A DNA stretch of 64,000 bases from positions 68,261-132,260 of the forward strand of contig CAZUWF010000002.1 of assembly GCA_964624065.1 (NCBI GenBank). The letters run 5' to 3'. A model generated the notes under the pieces. The model was not told the DNA's origin, ran no database searches, and saw only the letters and a program-made list of their open reading frames with translations. This document shows positions 48,258 through 57,530 of this stretch, piece by piece. The stretch's first letter is position 1, and each line of letters begins with the position of its first letter. The position numbers and the translations under genes were made by a program. This stretch comes from an uncultured Bacteroidales bacterium (GTDB lineage Bacteria; Bacteroidota; Bacteroidia; Bacteroidales; UBA7960).

Positions 48258-48265
48258 CAAATTTA
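48258..48265 (-). promoter_or_regulatory. Candidate -7 box (TAAATTTG) for the KamA-like operon
   Basis: The reverse strand matches TAnnTTTG 70 nt upstream of ATG 48188. No other box lies before the four downstream genes. Confidence 0.4.
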
Positions 48266-48488
48266 TGAATTTAAAGTAGATTACCCTAAAATTTCTAATG
48301 TAATTTTTGGGGTTTCGACCCCTAAGATCTGTAAATGTATTAGGTCTAGGAAATTTTTTATTCGATTTTTTATTGTGAAAGGTAATTGACTTTTGGAAAT
48401 TAGTGAACCTTGTGCTTGGTTTGCCTCCATTGGGTTTATCGGGGTATGGTTAATTGGTTGTGGAACAAAGTTTCACCAAGGAAAGTAG

Positions 48489-49268
48489 TTAATCCAATTT
48501 AATTATAAACCTATCCGCATCCAACCAAACCGGAAATTTGTCCCTGAATCTATTTAGTTCTTCAAGGTCGAGTTGAGCTGTAAAAAGCTCTTGGGAATCA
48601 TTGGTTGCCTTGTACAATTCCTTTCCTTTAGGGTCAATGACCATAGACTCACCAAGGTATTGAAGCCCGTTGCCATCAGTGCCAACCCTATTCACTGCCA
48701 CCACGTAGCATTGATTCTCCACAGCGCGGGCGCAAAGCAAGGTTTTCCAAACTTCATGTCTGGGCGCCGGCCAGTTGGCCACCAAGAAAATGGCATCGTA
48801 GTCGTTTTGGTTGCGCAGCCAAACAGGAAACCTCAAGTCGTAGCAAATTGCAAGCAGTATTCGAAGGTTTGCGTGTTGTATCACCACCCGTCGGTTACCT
48901 GCGTTGAATGCCCCTCCTTCCCTTTCGAAAACAAAAAGGTGCCTCTTGTCGTAATAACTAATCTTTCCGTTGGGCTCGACCCACACAAACCTGTTGAAGG
49001 TTTTTTCAGCATCCCTAACAGTAAGCGAGCCCCCAATGGCAAATCCGGTGGTGTTTGAAATTTTGTTCATCCAGCCAATCGTACGACCATGCATAGTTTC
49101 GGCAAACTTGGCTTTGTTCATCGTAAAACCAGTTGAGAACATTTCTGGTAGCAACACGGAGTTGGTTGACCTTGGAGATTTTAATATTTTCTCCTCAAGG
49201 TCGAAGAGGTTTTTGTCAACGTCCTCCCAGTGTGTGTTTGGCTGTATTATGGTTACTTTATACGACAT
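48489..49268 (-). CDS. Carbon-nitrogen hydrolase (nitrilase superfamily; omega-amidase/YafV-like)
   Basis: Glu-Lys-Cys triad contexts LLPEMF, YDKRHLF and LAICYDLRFP. The ATG is at 49268. Confidence 0.85.
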   Translation of the reverse strand: MSYKVTIIQPNTHWEDVDKNLFDLEEKILKSPRSTNSVLLPEMFSTGFTMNKAKFAETMHGRTIGWMNKISNTTGFAIGGSLTVRDAEKTFNRFVWVEPNGKISYYDKRHLFVFEREGGAFNAGNRRVVIQHANLRILLAICYDLRFPVWLRNQNDYDAIFLVANWPAPRHEVWKTLLCARAVENQCYVVAVNRVGTDGNGLQYLGESMVIDPKGKELYKATNDSQELFTAQLDLEELNRFRDKFPVWLDADRFIIKLD

Positions 49269-49304
49269 GAAGTGGGTTGGGTTAAGGGATTGGGTAATTA
49301 TTTG

Positions 49305-49312
49305 CAAAGGTA
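49305..49312 (-). promoter_or_regulatory. Candidate -7 box (TACCTTTG) for the C-N hydrolase gene
   Basis: The reverse strand matches TAnnTTTG 37 nt upstream of ATG 49268. Confidence 0.45.
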
Positions 49313-49417
49313 GCTTTTCAAACTAATTCCTTGATCTTGGTTTTCCTTGGAAAAGATCCATTTGGTTGTTTTTTGTTCTTTGCCTGGCTCATTTTTCATT
49401 TCACATCCATTTTTTTG

Positions 49418-49425
49418 TACTTTTG
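49418..49425 (+). promoter_or_regulatory. Candidate -7 box (TACTTTTG) for the kinase-dCMP deaminase pair
   Basis: Matches TAnnTTTG 21 nt upstream of ATG 49446. Confidence 0.45.
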
Positions 49426-49445
49426 AGAATCATTATTTTGCTTCT

Positions 49446-50009
49446 ATGGTCGTTATAGGAATTACTGGGACGATTGGTGCGGGCAAGGGGACTGTGGTTG
49501 ATTTCCTTGTTGAACAAAAAGGATTTGTCCATTTCTCCGCCCGTGAGTTCATTGCTCGCACCATCCTCGAACGTGGTTTAACTGTTAACCGAGATACGCT
49601 TACTGCAATTGGCAACGAAATAAGGGCAAACAACCATCCGGGTTATGTTATTGAAGCCCTCTACAACCAGGCGACCCAAGATGGTAAGAACTGCATAATT
49701 GAAAGTGTTCGAACCTTGGGTGAAATTGAAATATTGCGCACAAAATCCAATTTTTTCTTGCTTGCCGTGGATGCCCGACCAAGGCTGCGTTTCAATAGGA
49801 TCAGGAAGCGCAAGTCGGAGACTGATAATGTTGATTTCGAAACATTTTTGGCAAACGAAAAAAGAGAAATGCATTCCAGCGACCCTACCAAGCAAAACCT
49901 CTCTGCCTGCATTGCCCAAGCCGATTTCATAATTTCAAACAATGGCACCGTTGAGGAAATGGTAAAGCAATTAAAAAACTTCCTAATTCGCCTTCCGCTC
50001 GATGAATGA
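49446..50009 (+). CDS. P-loop nucleotide/nucleoside kinase-like protein (dephospho-CoA kinase/adenylate kinase fold)
   Basis: MVVIGITGTIGAGKGT Walker A at the extreme N-terminus, about 187 aa. Substrate unknown. It overlaps the dCMP deaminase start by 8 nt. Confidence 0.6.
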   Translation: MVVIGITGTIGAGKGTVVDFLVEQKGFVHFSAREFIARTILERGLTVNRDTLTAIGNEIRANNHPGYVIEALYNQATQDGKNCIIESVRTLGEIEILRTKSNFFLLAVDARPRLRFNRIRKRKSETDNVDFETFLANEKREMHSSDPTKQNLSACIAQADFIISNNGTVEEMVKQLKNFLIRLPLDE

Positions 50010-50511
50010 ATTCAAAAGCCAACAAGGTCCTCCTAAAAATCGCCCCCCCTGGGACGACTATTTTATGGAAATTGCCAACACCGTTAGCAAGCGGGCTACT
50101 TGCGATCGCGGCCGAAGTGGTTGTGTGATTGTTCGCGATAGGCAAATACTCGTAACAGGCTATGTTGGGTCGCCCATAGGGCTGCCTCACTGCGATGATG
50201 TAGGGCACCAGTTAAAAAAGGTATTCCACGAAGATGGTAGCTTTACAACACACTGCGTGCGCACCGTGCATGCGGAGCAAAATGCCATCTGCCAGGCAGC
50301 CAGGAAAGGGGTTAGCATTGACGGCGCAACCCTTTACTGCCGAATGACTCCGTGTAGGGTTTGCGCAATGCTAATTATCAACTGTGGAATAAAAAGGGTG
50401 GTTTGCGAACGCAAGTACCACGTAGGAGAAGAATCAGAGCAAATGTTTGCCGATGCTGGCGTAGAATTGAATTATTTTTCTGATGAAGTGGTAAAATACA
50501 GCATGCAGTGA
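50002..50511 (+). CDS. Deoxycytidylate (dCMP) deaminase
   Basis: WDDYFMEIANTVSKRATC, HAEQNA and PCRVCA zinc-binding motifs. Confidence 0.9.
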   Translation: MNEFKSQQGPPKNRPPWDDYFMEIANTVSKRATCDRGRSGCVIVRDRQILVTGYVGSPIGLPHCDDVGHQLKKVFHEDGSFTTHCVRTVHAEQNAICQAARKGVSIDGATLYCRMTPCRVCAMLIINCGIKRVVCERKYHVGEESEQMFADAGVELNYFSDEVVKYSMQ

Positions 50512-50630
50512 ACGGCGAAAAGTGAAGAGTTAGAGCAAGGAATTGAGTGTAAATATTCGGAACAGTAAAATTTAAAAAGGATCAATTCTTAACTGCTCAT
50601 CCCCCATCCCAAACAACACATTGCAGTACA

Positions 50631-51617
50631 TTAATCGAATATCTTTACCTGGGTTTCTGCCGTTGAGCTTACGAACCCCCTGAACATTGCTGTAGTATTG
50701 AAGGGCATTGAGATGTTTCCATCCTTGTCAACGGCAATAATTCCCCCGTTTGCCCCTTGATTTTTCAACACCTCCAAAACTACACGTTCTGCCGCCTTGC
50801 TCAGGGATTGGCCGCCGTACATCATACGAGCAGATATATCGTGTGCCACAACGTTGCGTATGAAAAATTCGCCGTGCCCTGTTGCCGAAACGGCGCAAGA
50901 TTTATTGTTGGCGTAATTTCCCGCCCCAATAATTGGGCTATCGCCTATCCTTCCATACCTTTTGCCAAGCATCCCGCCGGTAGAAGTTGCCGCCGCCAGG
51001 TTACCGTTCAAATCTAGCGCCACAGCACCCACTGTTCCTCTTTTTTGGTCATCGTTTTCATGACCTCTAAGTTGAAATCTTTCCTGATTCATACGCCTAA
51101 ACTGATCCCACCTCTTCTGGTCGAAGAAGTAAGATGGCTCAACTATCTCCAGACCTTGTTCGAAGGAAAATTGTTCGGCTCCCCTTCCGGTAAGCATAAC
51201 GTGTGGCGATTCCTCCATCACTTTGCGGGCTGCAAGGATTGGATTCTTAACGGTTGTGATTCCGGCTACAGCCCCTGCATTCATTGTGGCTCCATCCATT
51301 ATTGAGGCATCAAGCTCGTTGGTACCATTGTAGGTGAAAACGGCTCCCCTACCTGCATTGAACAATGGAGAATCTTCAAGAATTACCACTGCAGCAACAA
51401 CAGCATCAATGCTACTTCCTCCGGTTTTCAATACCTCTTCACCGGCGTTTAGGGCCTCTTGAAGTTTTGAAAGGTATTCCTTCTCCAGTTCGGGTGATAT
51501 ATTTTCACGATTGATATTTCCGGATCCACCGTGTATTACCAAGGCGTACCTGCCCGAAGCAAGGGAGTGTAACGAAATGGATACCCAAACCACTAAAAAA
51601 AGGGAAGCAGTTTTCAT
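50631..51617 (-). CDS. Isoaspartyl peptidase / L-asparaginase (plant-type, Ntn hydrolase)
   Basis: Signal peptide, HGGSG, and the autoprocessing site GTVGAVALD. Confidence 0.9.
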   Translation of the reverse strand: MKTASLFLVVWVSISLHSLASGRYALVIHGGSGNINRENISPELEKEYLSKLQEALNAGEEVLKTGGSSIDAVVAAVVILEDSPLFNAGRGAVFTYNGTNELDASIMDGATMNAGAVAGITTVKNPILAARKVMEESPHVMLTGRGAEQFSFEQGLEIVEPSYFFDQKRWDQFRRMNQERFQLRGHENDDQKRGTVGAVALDLNGNLAAATSTGGMLGKRYGRIGDSPIIGAGNYANNKSCAVSATGHGEFFIRNVVAHDISARMMYGGQSLSKAAERVVLEVLKNQGANGGIIAVDKDGNISMPFNTTAMFRGFVSSTAETQVKIFD

Positions 51618-51626
51618 TACTTAAAC

Positions 51627-52298
51627 TTATTGGTTTTTCGAATCGTATTCGGCATTGAGCATTTCCAAAACTTCTTGGGTTATATCATGCTTGTCGTTGA
51701 CATAATACATGCCAAAGATCGGCGTGTACCTCAAAACGAAATCGTACTCCCTGGTTAGATTGTACCTTTCGAAGAAGTCCTGAAGCACCTTCATAACCTC
51801 GTCCATCATATCCTTTTCCCTTTTGGCCAACCGGTCTTGATATGATTCTGCCAATTGCCCGAGTTCTTGCTGACGACGTCCGAGTTCCTTTTCCTTTGCC
51901 TGCAATACATCTGCTGATGCAGACCCAGCCTGGGCATCCTTTTGAAATTTCTGAACATCGTCCTGAAATGCTCTTTGCCTTTTTGTTATATCGGCCTCCA
52001 ATCTCTTTTGCTCCTGCTCAAGATCGGTTCTAAACTTTGCGGCAAGCTTGAAATCTTGATTGAAGGTATCGGCGTTGATGTATGCAATCTTAAGGGCCAA
52101 ACCTTTTTTTTCCAATTCGCCTGTTTGGTTAGGAGCTTCATTTTCTTTCGCACTTTTCGAAAAAAAGAACAATCCGTAAAGCACTAATATCATTACAAGC
52201 ATTATGGCATTTAGGATGGTAAGGTATTTTATCCTTTTGCTTCCATTTGGTTTCTCCTCGACGGTAATTTGAGGGGTTTCAATATTTTCTATTGACAT
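51627..52298 (-). CDS. OmpH/Skp-like periplasmic chaperone family protein (membrane-anchored)
   Basis: N-terminal TM helix followed by a Lys/Glu/Gln-rich coiled coil (DLEQEQKRLEADITKRQRAFQDDVQKFQKD) typical of OmpH. Confidence 0.7.
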   Translation of the reverse strand: MSIENIETPQITVEEKPNGSKRIKYLTILNAIMLVMILVLYGLFFFSKSAKENEAPNQTGELEKKGLALKIAYINADTFNQDFKLAAKFRTDLEQEQKRLEADITKRQRAFQDDVQKFQKDAQAGSASADVLQAKEKELGRRQQELGQLAESYQDRLAKREKDMMDEVMKVLQDFFERYNLTREYDFVLRYTPIFGMYYVNDKHDITQEVLEMLNAEYDSKNQ

Positions 52299-52509
52299 TT
52301 TATTGTTTTTTTTTATTGGGATTGATTATTAAAATGAAATTAATCTGCATTCAAGTTGAAGCTTATCATCTTAAGAAATTAACTATTTAATGATCGACTG
52401 CTTTTCTTTGACACGCTTAAAGAATCTAACCGTCTTGATTCACGCTTTAGCAAAACATTGTTTCACCAAGCACCGGACAAAGTTACGCAAATAAAATAAG
52501 TTTTAATGA

Positions 52510-54708
52510 TTAGTTGCCCATTTCCGAAAGGAACCTAATTCTTACGAGTCTTACCTCTTCTTCCGAAAAGTCATCCTCACCAAGTTCTTGAAGGGCTGTT
52601 TTGTAGCAGTCTGTTTCGGCGGTTTTGAAGAAATCGAAAATCTCTTCCTCCTTATCGGGCTCAATTACTTGATTAATGAAATACCTGATGTCAATTCGCG
52701 TGCCTGAGGCAACAATGCTCTCGATTTCCGTAAGGAGTTCGTCGAAGTCAATTCCTTTCGAAATTGCCATATCGTCGAGCATAATTTTTCGGTCAATACT
52801 TTGGATAATGTAAACCTTGAGGCCCGATTTGTTTACCACCGATTTAACCACCATATCCAGCGGCCTTTCAATATCGTTTTCTTCAACGTAGCGAGCAATA
52901 AGGTCAACAAATGGCTTTCCGAACTTTAGGGCTTTTCCTGTCCCTACCCCAGTGATGTTCTTGAGTTCTTCGATGTTTAGGGGGTACTGGATGGCCATAT
53001 CTTCGAGCGATGGATCCTGGAATATGACGAAAGGAGGGAGACTGTTCTTGCGGGCGATCTCTTTGCGAAGGTCCTTTAAAAGGGCAAACAAAACTTTGTC
53101 GGTAGCACTGGTTCCTTGACCAATTGCCGAAACATTGACTTCTGAATCAGGATTGTCGTAGTCGTGGTCCTTACTCATTTTAATTGAACGCGGGTTTGCA
53201 AGGTACTCCTTTCCTGCCTTTGTCACCTTTATGGTGCCGTATTCTTCGATGTCTTTGGAAAGCAAACGCTCCACCAGGCACTGCCTTATTACGGCGTTCC
53301 AGAACTTCTCGTCATGGTCAGCACCTTTGCCAAATACCTCCAATTGATGATGTTTGCAAGTTTTTACTGGGGTTGTTGCTTTTCCCATGATTACGCTTAT
53401 GATGTGTTTTGGTTTATATAGTTGTTTTATTGCTATGACGGTTTCAATCAAGGTGCAAATATACTCCTCACCCTCAAATTTTTCTTTTGGGTTTAGACAA
53501 TTATCGCACGATCCACAGTTTTCCTGATGGTAAACTTCTCCGAAGTAATGCAAGAGAGTTTTTCGCCTACAAATTGCAGATTCGGCGTAAGAAACTGCTT
53601 CGAGAAGCAAATGTAATCCAATTTCTTGTTCGGACAATAACTTGTCTTTAAGAAATTTTTCGAATTTTTGAATGTCTTCGTAATTGTAAAATGCCACGCA
53701 GTTGCCCTCGCCACCATCGCGCCCCGATCGACCGGTTTCTTGGTAGTAGGCTTCGAGGCTTTTTGGCATATCGTAGTGAATCACGTAGCGAACGTCGGGC
53801 TTGTCGATGCCCATTCCAAAGGCAATGGTGGCAACTATCACGTCAACATCCTCCATCAAAAACCGATCCTGATTGTTTACCCTAACGGCGGATTCAAGGC
53901 CTGCGTGGTACGGCAGTGCCCTTATTCCGTTTACCTGGAAAGTCTCGGCAAGCTCTTCAACCTTTTTTCGGCTGAGACAGTAAACGATACCTGACTTGTT
54001 TTCTTGTGACTTGATGTACTTTATTACGTCTTTTATTGAGTTGCTAGTCTTGGGTCTTACCTCGTAGTATAAATTTGGTCTGTTAAAGGAGGCTTTGAAC
54101 TCCCTAGCATACAGCATGTCGAGGTTTTTCTGGATGTCTCTCTGTACTTTTGGGGTGGCTGTGGCCGTAAGTGCAATTATGGGAATCTTTTTTCCCAACG
54201 AGTTAATCACGAACCTAAGCTTCCTGTATTCGGGCCTAAAATCGTGCCCCCATTCCGAAATGCAGTGTGCCTCGTCAATTGCCATAAACGAAATGTTAAT
54301 TTCGCGCAGGAATTCAATGTTTTCTTCCTTGCATAGAGACTCGGGTGCTACGTAGAGCAACTTGGTCAGCCCATCTCGAAGGTCTTGCTTTACTTGCATT
54401 ATCTCGAGCCTGGTGAGCGATGAATTAAGAACGTGAGCAATACCATCGTAACTTGCAAAGTTGCGAATGGCGTCAACCTGGTTCTTCATAAGTGCAATGA
54501 GTGGCGAAACCACAATTGCAGTACCTTCGCTTATCAAAGCCGGCAACTGGTAACACAAAGACTTACCACCGCCCGTAGGCATTATAACAAAAGAATCGCC
54601 GTTGTGAAGAAGGTGCTTGATGATTTCTTCCTGCTCGCCCTTGAACTTGTCAAACCCAAAAATCTCTTTTAAAAGAGAACCTAGCGAAATGTCGCTTTTT
54701 ACCTCCAT
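52510..54708 (-). CDS. recQ: ATP-dependent DNA helicase RecQ
   Basis: 732 aa. MPTGGGKSLCYQLP, DEAHCISEWGHDFRPEY, a zinc-binding Cys cluster (CRRK...CGSCDNC) and a C-terminal HRDC region. Confidence 0.95.
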   Translation of the reverse strand: MEVKSDISLGSLLKEIFGFDKFKGEQEEIIKHLLHNGDSFVIMPTGGGKSLCYQLPALISEGTAIVVSPLIALMKNQVDAIRNFASYDGIAHVLNSSLTRLEIMQVKQDLRDGLTKLLYVAPESLCKEENIEFLREINISFMAIDEAHCISEWGHDFRPEYRKLRFVINSLGKKIPIIALTATATPKVQRDIQKNLDMLYAREFKASFNRPNLYYEVRPKTSNSIKDVIKYIKSQENKSGIVYCLSRKKVEELAETFQVNGIRALPYHAGLESAVRVNNQDRFLMEDVDVIVATIAFGMGIDKPDVRYVIHYDMPKSLEAYYQETGRSGRDGGEGNCVAFYNYEDIQKFEKFLKDKLLSEQEIGLHLLLEAVSYAESAICRRKTLLHYFGEVYHQENCGSCDNCLNPKEKFEGEEYICTLIETVIAIKQLYKPKHIISVIMGKATTPVKTCKHHQLEVFGKGADHDEKFWNAVIRQCLVERLLSKDIEEYGTIKVTKAGKEYLANPRSIKMSKDHDYDNPDSEVNVSAIGQGTSATDKVLFALLKDLRKEIARKNSLPPFVIFQDPSLEDMAIQYPLNIEELKNITGVGTGKALKFGKPFVDLIARYVEENDIERPLDMVVKSVVNKSGLKVYIIQSIDRKIMLDDMAISKGIDFDELLTEIESIVASGTRIDIRYFINQVIEPDKEEEIFDFFKTAETDCYKTALQELGEDDFSEEEVRLVRIRFLSEMGN

Positions 54709-54864
54709 TATAACATTATTAAAACTAAAAAACGCCTTCAGCGTTTTGCAAAATAAAATTAAACTTTTTTTCCATCCAAATTACATCCTGAATAAAAAAA
54801 GTGCAAAATAGCACTTATTGGTCCTTATTTCCTCTTTTGAAAAAACCCGTGTCGTTTTTTTTGC

Positions 54865-54872
54865 TATGTTTG
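54865..54872 (+). promoter_or_regulatory. Candidate -7 box (TATGTTTG) for lptB
   Basis: Matches TAnnTTTG 87 nt upstream of ATG 54959. Confidence 0.3.
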
Positions 54873-54958
54873 CCCAAGTTTTTATTGGCCGTAGCACGCG
54901 CACAAGGATTTTTTGCTTGAGGGGTAAACTGCAAAAACCAAATAATAATGATTGATCT

Positions 54959-55681
54959 ATGAAGCTGTACTCAACCGGATTGGTTAAGAAATACGGAAAT
55001 AGAACGGTGGTTAACAATGTTTCGGTAAATGTTGGTCAGGGAGAGATTGTTGGGTTGCTCGGCCCTAACGGGGCTGGTAAGACCACCACCTTTTATATGA
55101 TAGTTGGCTTGATAAAGCCCAACGCCGGAAAAATATTCTTCCAAAACACCGAAATTACAAGTCTGCCTATGTACAAGCGGGCCAAGATGGGCATTGGGTA
55201 CCTGGCTCAGGAGGCAAGTGTATTCAGGCATCTTACGGTTGAGGATAATATAAGGGCAGTATTAGAATTTACCGATCTTTCCAAGGGGCAACAGGCAGAG
55301 CGGCTAGAGAACTTGATTCATGAGTTTGGCCTTGAAACAGTGCGTAGTAACAAGGGGATTACCCTTTCGGGAGGCGAAAGGCGCAGGACAGAAATTGCTC
55401 GATCCTTGGCGGTTGACCCAAAATTCATCCTTCTCGACGAACCGTTTGCCGGGGTTGACCCCATTGCGGTCGAGGATATTCAAAACATTATAGCGAGCCT
55501 TAAGTATAAAAACATTGGGGTGCTGATTACTGATCACAACGTTCACGAAACCCTCTCAATTACCGAAAGGGCATACTTGCTTGTTGACGGGATTATACTA
55601 AAATCGGGCACCTCAGAAGAACTGGCCAACGATGAGGAAGTAAAGAGGGTTTACCTAGGCGAGAAATTTCAACTCAGGTAG
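54959..55681 (+). CDS. lptB: LPS export ABC transporter ATP-binding protein LptB
   Basis: 240 aa. [24 protein letters not shown] and [11 protein letters not shown]. The length and C-terminus ([10 protein letters not shown]) are LptB-like. Confidence 0.92.
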   Translation: MKLYSTGLVKKYGNRTVVNNVSVNVGQGEIVGLLGPNGAGKTTTFYMIVGLIKPNAGKIFFQNTEITSLPMYKRAKMGIGYLAQEASVFRHLTVEDNIRAVLEFTDLSKGQQAERLENLIHEFGLETVRSNKGITLSGGERRRTEIARSLAVDPKFILLDEPFAGVDPIAVEDIQNIIASLKYKNIGVLITDHNVHETLSITERAYLLVDGIILKSGTSEELANDEEVKRVYLGEKFQLR

Positions 55682-55722
55682 GTAAAAAATGAACCATAGA
55701 GGAGACCACAATTCCTGAAATA

Positions 55723-56202
55723 TTATTCCGAAATAAGAAGTACCACCGCAATTGCGGTTACTCCCTCCTGACGTCCTACAAAACCAATCTCCTCTCCGGT
55801 AGTAGCCTTGACGGAAATATTATCTGGACTTATGTTAAGGATGCCTGAAATAACCACCTTCATATCTTTGACATATGGTCCAATTTTAGGGGATTGGAGG
55901 CACACGGTTGAATCAATATTTCCAACCTTGAATCCTTTTTCAAAAATTAGGGTGGCAACTCTAGAAAGCAAAATCTTACTATCTATGCCTTGGTATGCTT
56001 TGTCGGTGTTCGGAAAGTAATGGCCTATGTCATCAAGTCCTGCAGCACCTAGGAGACCATCCATTATGGCATGAATAAGCACATCGGCATTAGAGTGGCC
56101 AAGTGCCCCCTTTTCGGATGGAATCTCAACTCCACCAATTATCAAGGGTCTTCCTTCCACCAATTGATGAACGTCATAGCCCTGACCTACACGGATGCTC
56201 AT
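55723..56202 (-). CDS. ispF: 2-C-methyl-D-erythritol 2,4-cyclodiphosphate synthase
   Basis: IRVGQGYDVHQL...GHSNADVLIHAI are canonical IspF motifs. Confidence 0.95.
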   Translation of the reverse strand: MSIRVGQGYDVHQLVEGRPLIIGGVEIPSEKGALGHSNADVLIHAIMDGLLGAAGLDDIGHYFPNTDKAYQGIDSKILLSRVATLIFEKGFKVGNIDSTVCLQSPKIGPYVKDMKVVISGILNISPDNISVKATTGEEIGFVGRQEGVTAIAVVLLISE

Positions 56203-56223
56203 AGAACTTTATTTTTTTTTGAC

Positions 56224-57420
56224 CTACCACAAAGAGGCCATATCAAAATGCAACGAAAACCTAAGCACGTTGGCGAGCGGGCTGTTTTGATTTAATGGAA
56301 CCAGGTAGGCAAAATCCAGGCCAAAAACATTGTATTTCAAACCGACACCGAGGGAGAAGAATTTCCTATCGCCCTTGGTGGCATGCTCGTGAAAATACCC
56401 GCCCCTCACTGCAAACTGCTTGCTGTACCAGTATTCAGCTCCAACTGAGAATGTGAGCTCGTTAAATTCTTCACTGAAACCTCCGGGTGCATCGAAAAAG
56501 GACTGAAAAATTCCCGCCACAACGCTCCGGTTTGGGTCGCGGCCCTTGTCAATTACCAACTCACCATTTTCGTCCCTAACAAATTGGCCGTTTTGGTTTC
56601 GCAGGTAGATTGGTGGGGTAGGAACGAGTAGTTTGTTAATGTCAAGCGAAAATGAAAGCTTATTGTAGTCGTCGAGGTCGAACGACACGGTTGGGCCCAA
56701 TCTCAGGTTGATAGGAATAAAACTGGATTTTAGTTCCTTAGAATAGGAAATTTTGTTGCCAATATTTGAGACATTTGCTCCAACCGATATTGTTGTTGGG
56801 GTCCTCGTGTCAAGTTGTTTGGTGTAGAAAACCGAAACATCGGCTGCTACTGCAACCCCTGGTTTGGTTTCAAGCCCACCTACGAATTGACCCTGGGTGA
56901 GGTTGCTGTAAATGAATCTTGAGGCTATTGCACCTGAAAAATGCTCTCCAAGTTTCCTTGCATAGGCAAAATCAATCGAAAACTCATTAGGTCTTGCCGT
57001 AAAAATCGGCTCACCAATTTCATCGGTAAAGTTTACTTGACCCAAGGAAAAGTACTTTAGCGACATAGCTAAGGTTTGCTTATCGTCAAGCTTGTAAAAA
57101 GCCGACAAGTAACCAAGATCAATATCGTTAATTAATTTCCGCAGCCAAGGGGTGTAATTGATTGATACTCCAATGTTCTTGTCAACGAATGCGTATTTTG
57201 CAGGATTCCAATGCATTGAGTTGGCATCGGGTGAGGTAGACACTCCCACATCACCCATACCTCCAGACCTGGTGTCGGGTGCTATCATCAAAAATGGAAC
57301 AGCAGTGGTTATTGTGTTTATTCTTTGTCCCAAAACATCCCCGATATTTTGACCTTCGGACACAAGGGGAGCAGCTATGAATGAAAATGCAAGAACAAGG
57401 GCTATCAAAACGTTTTTCAT
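56224..57420 (-). CDS. porV: Type IX secretion system outer-membrane protein PorV (LptO)
   Basis: Signal peptide, then TAVPFLMIAPDTRSGGMGDVGVSTSPD, the hallmark PorV N-terminal motif, in a beta-barrel-like protein. It lies next to porU. Confidence 0.88.
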   Translation of the reverse strand: MKNVLIALVLAFSFIAAPLVSEGQNIGDVLGQRINTITTAVPFLMIAPDTRSGGMGDVGVSTSPDANSMHWNPAKYAFVDKNIGVSINYTPWLRKLINDIDLGYLSAFYKLDDKQTLAMSLKYFSLGQVNFTDEIGEPIFTARPNEFSIDFAYARKLGEHFSGAIASRFIYSNLTQGQFVGGLETKPGVAVAADVSVFYTKQLDTRTPTTISVGANVSNIGNKISYSKELKSSFIPINLRLGPTVSFDLDDYNKLSFSLDINKLLVPTPPIYLRNQNGQFVRDENGELVIDKGRDPNRSVVAGIFQSFFDAPGGFSEEFNELTFSVGAEYWYSKQFAVRGGYFHEHATKGDRKFFSLGVGLKYNVFGLDFAYLVPLNQNSPLANVLRFSLHFDMASLW

Positions 57421-57458
57421 AATAGTTATTATTGGCTAAAGAAATAGAAATAAGGGTG

Positions 57459-57466
57459 CAAAGGTA
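57459..57466 (-). promoter_or_regulatory. Candidate -7 box (TACCTTTG) for porV
   Basis: The reverse strand matches TAnnTTTG 39 nt upstream of ATG 57420. Confidence 0.45.
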
Positions 57467-57530
57467 AAAATATTTAACGTATTGTGCCTAACGGTATTTG
57501 CTCGCTCATTATTGTTTGTACAAGGTTGTT

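Noticed and set aside
42645-48260. Reading the KamA/CoA-transferase/thiolase cluster as the canonical lysine fermentation (kamA-kamDE-kdd-kce-kal-atoAD) pathway.
   Set aside because: No beta-lysine 5,6-aminomutase, 3,5-diaminohexanoate dehydrogenase, 3-keto-5-aminohexanoate cleavage enzyme or 3-aminobutyryl-CoA ammonia-lyase genes occur in or beside the cluster. The KamA homologue also appears to lack the lysine-binding aspartates.
48309-48322. Hairpin GGGGT-TTCG-ACCCC between the C-N hydrolase gene and the KamA-like operon, as a terminator.
   Set aside because: The stem is only 5 bp. On the transcribed (minus) strand it is followed by A-rich rather than U-rich sequence. It could be a weak or bidirectional element, but I cannot support calling it a terminator.
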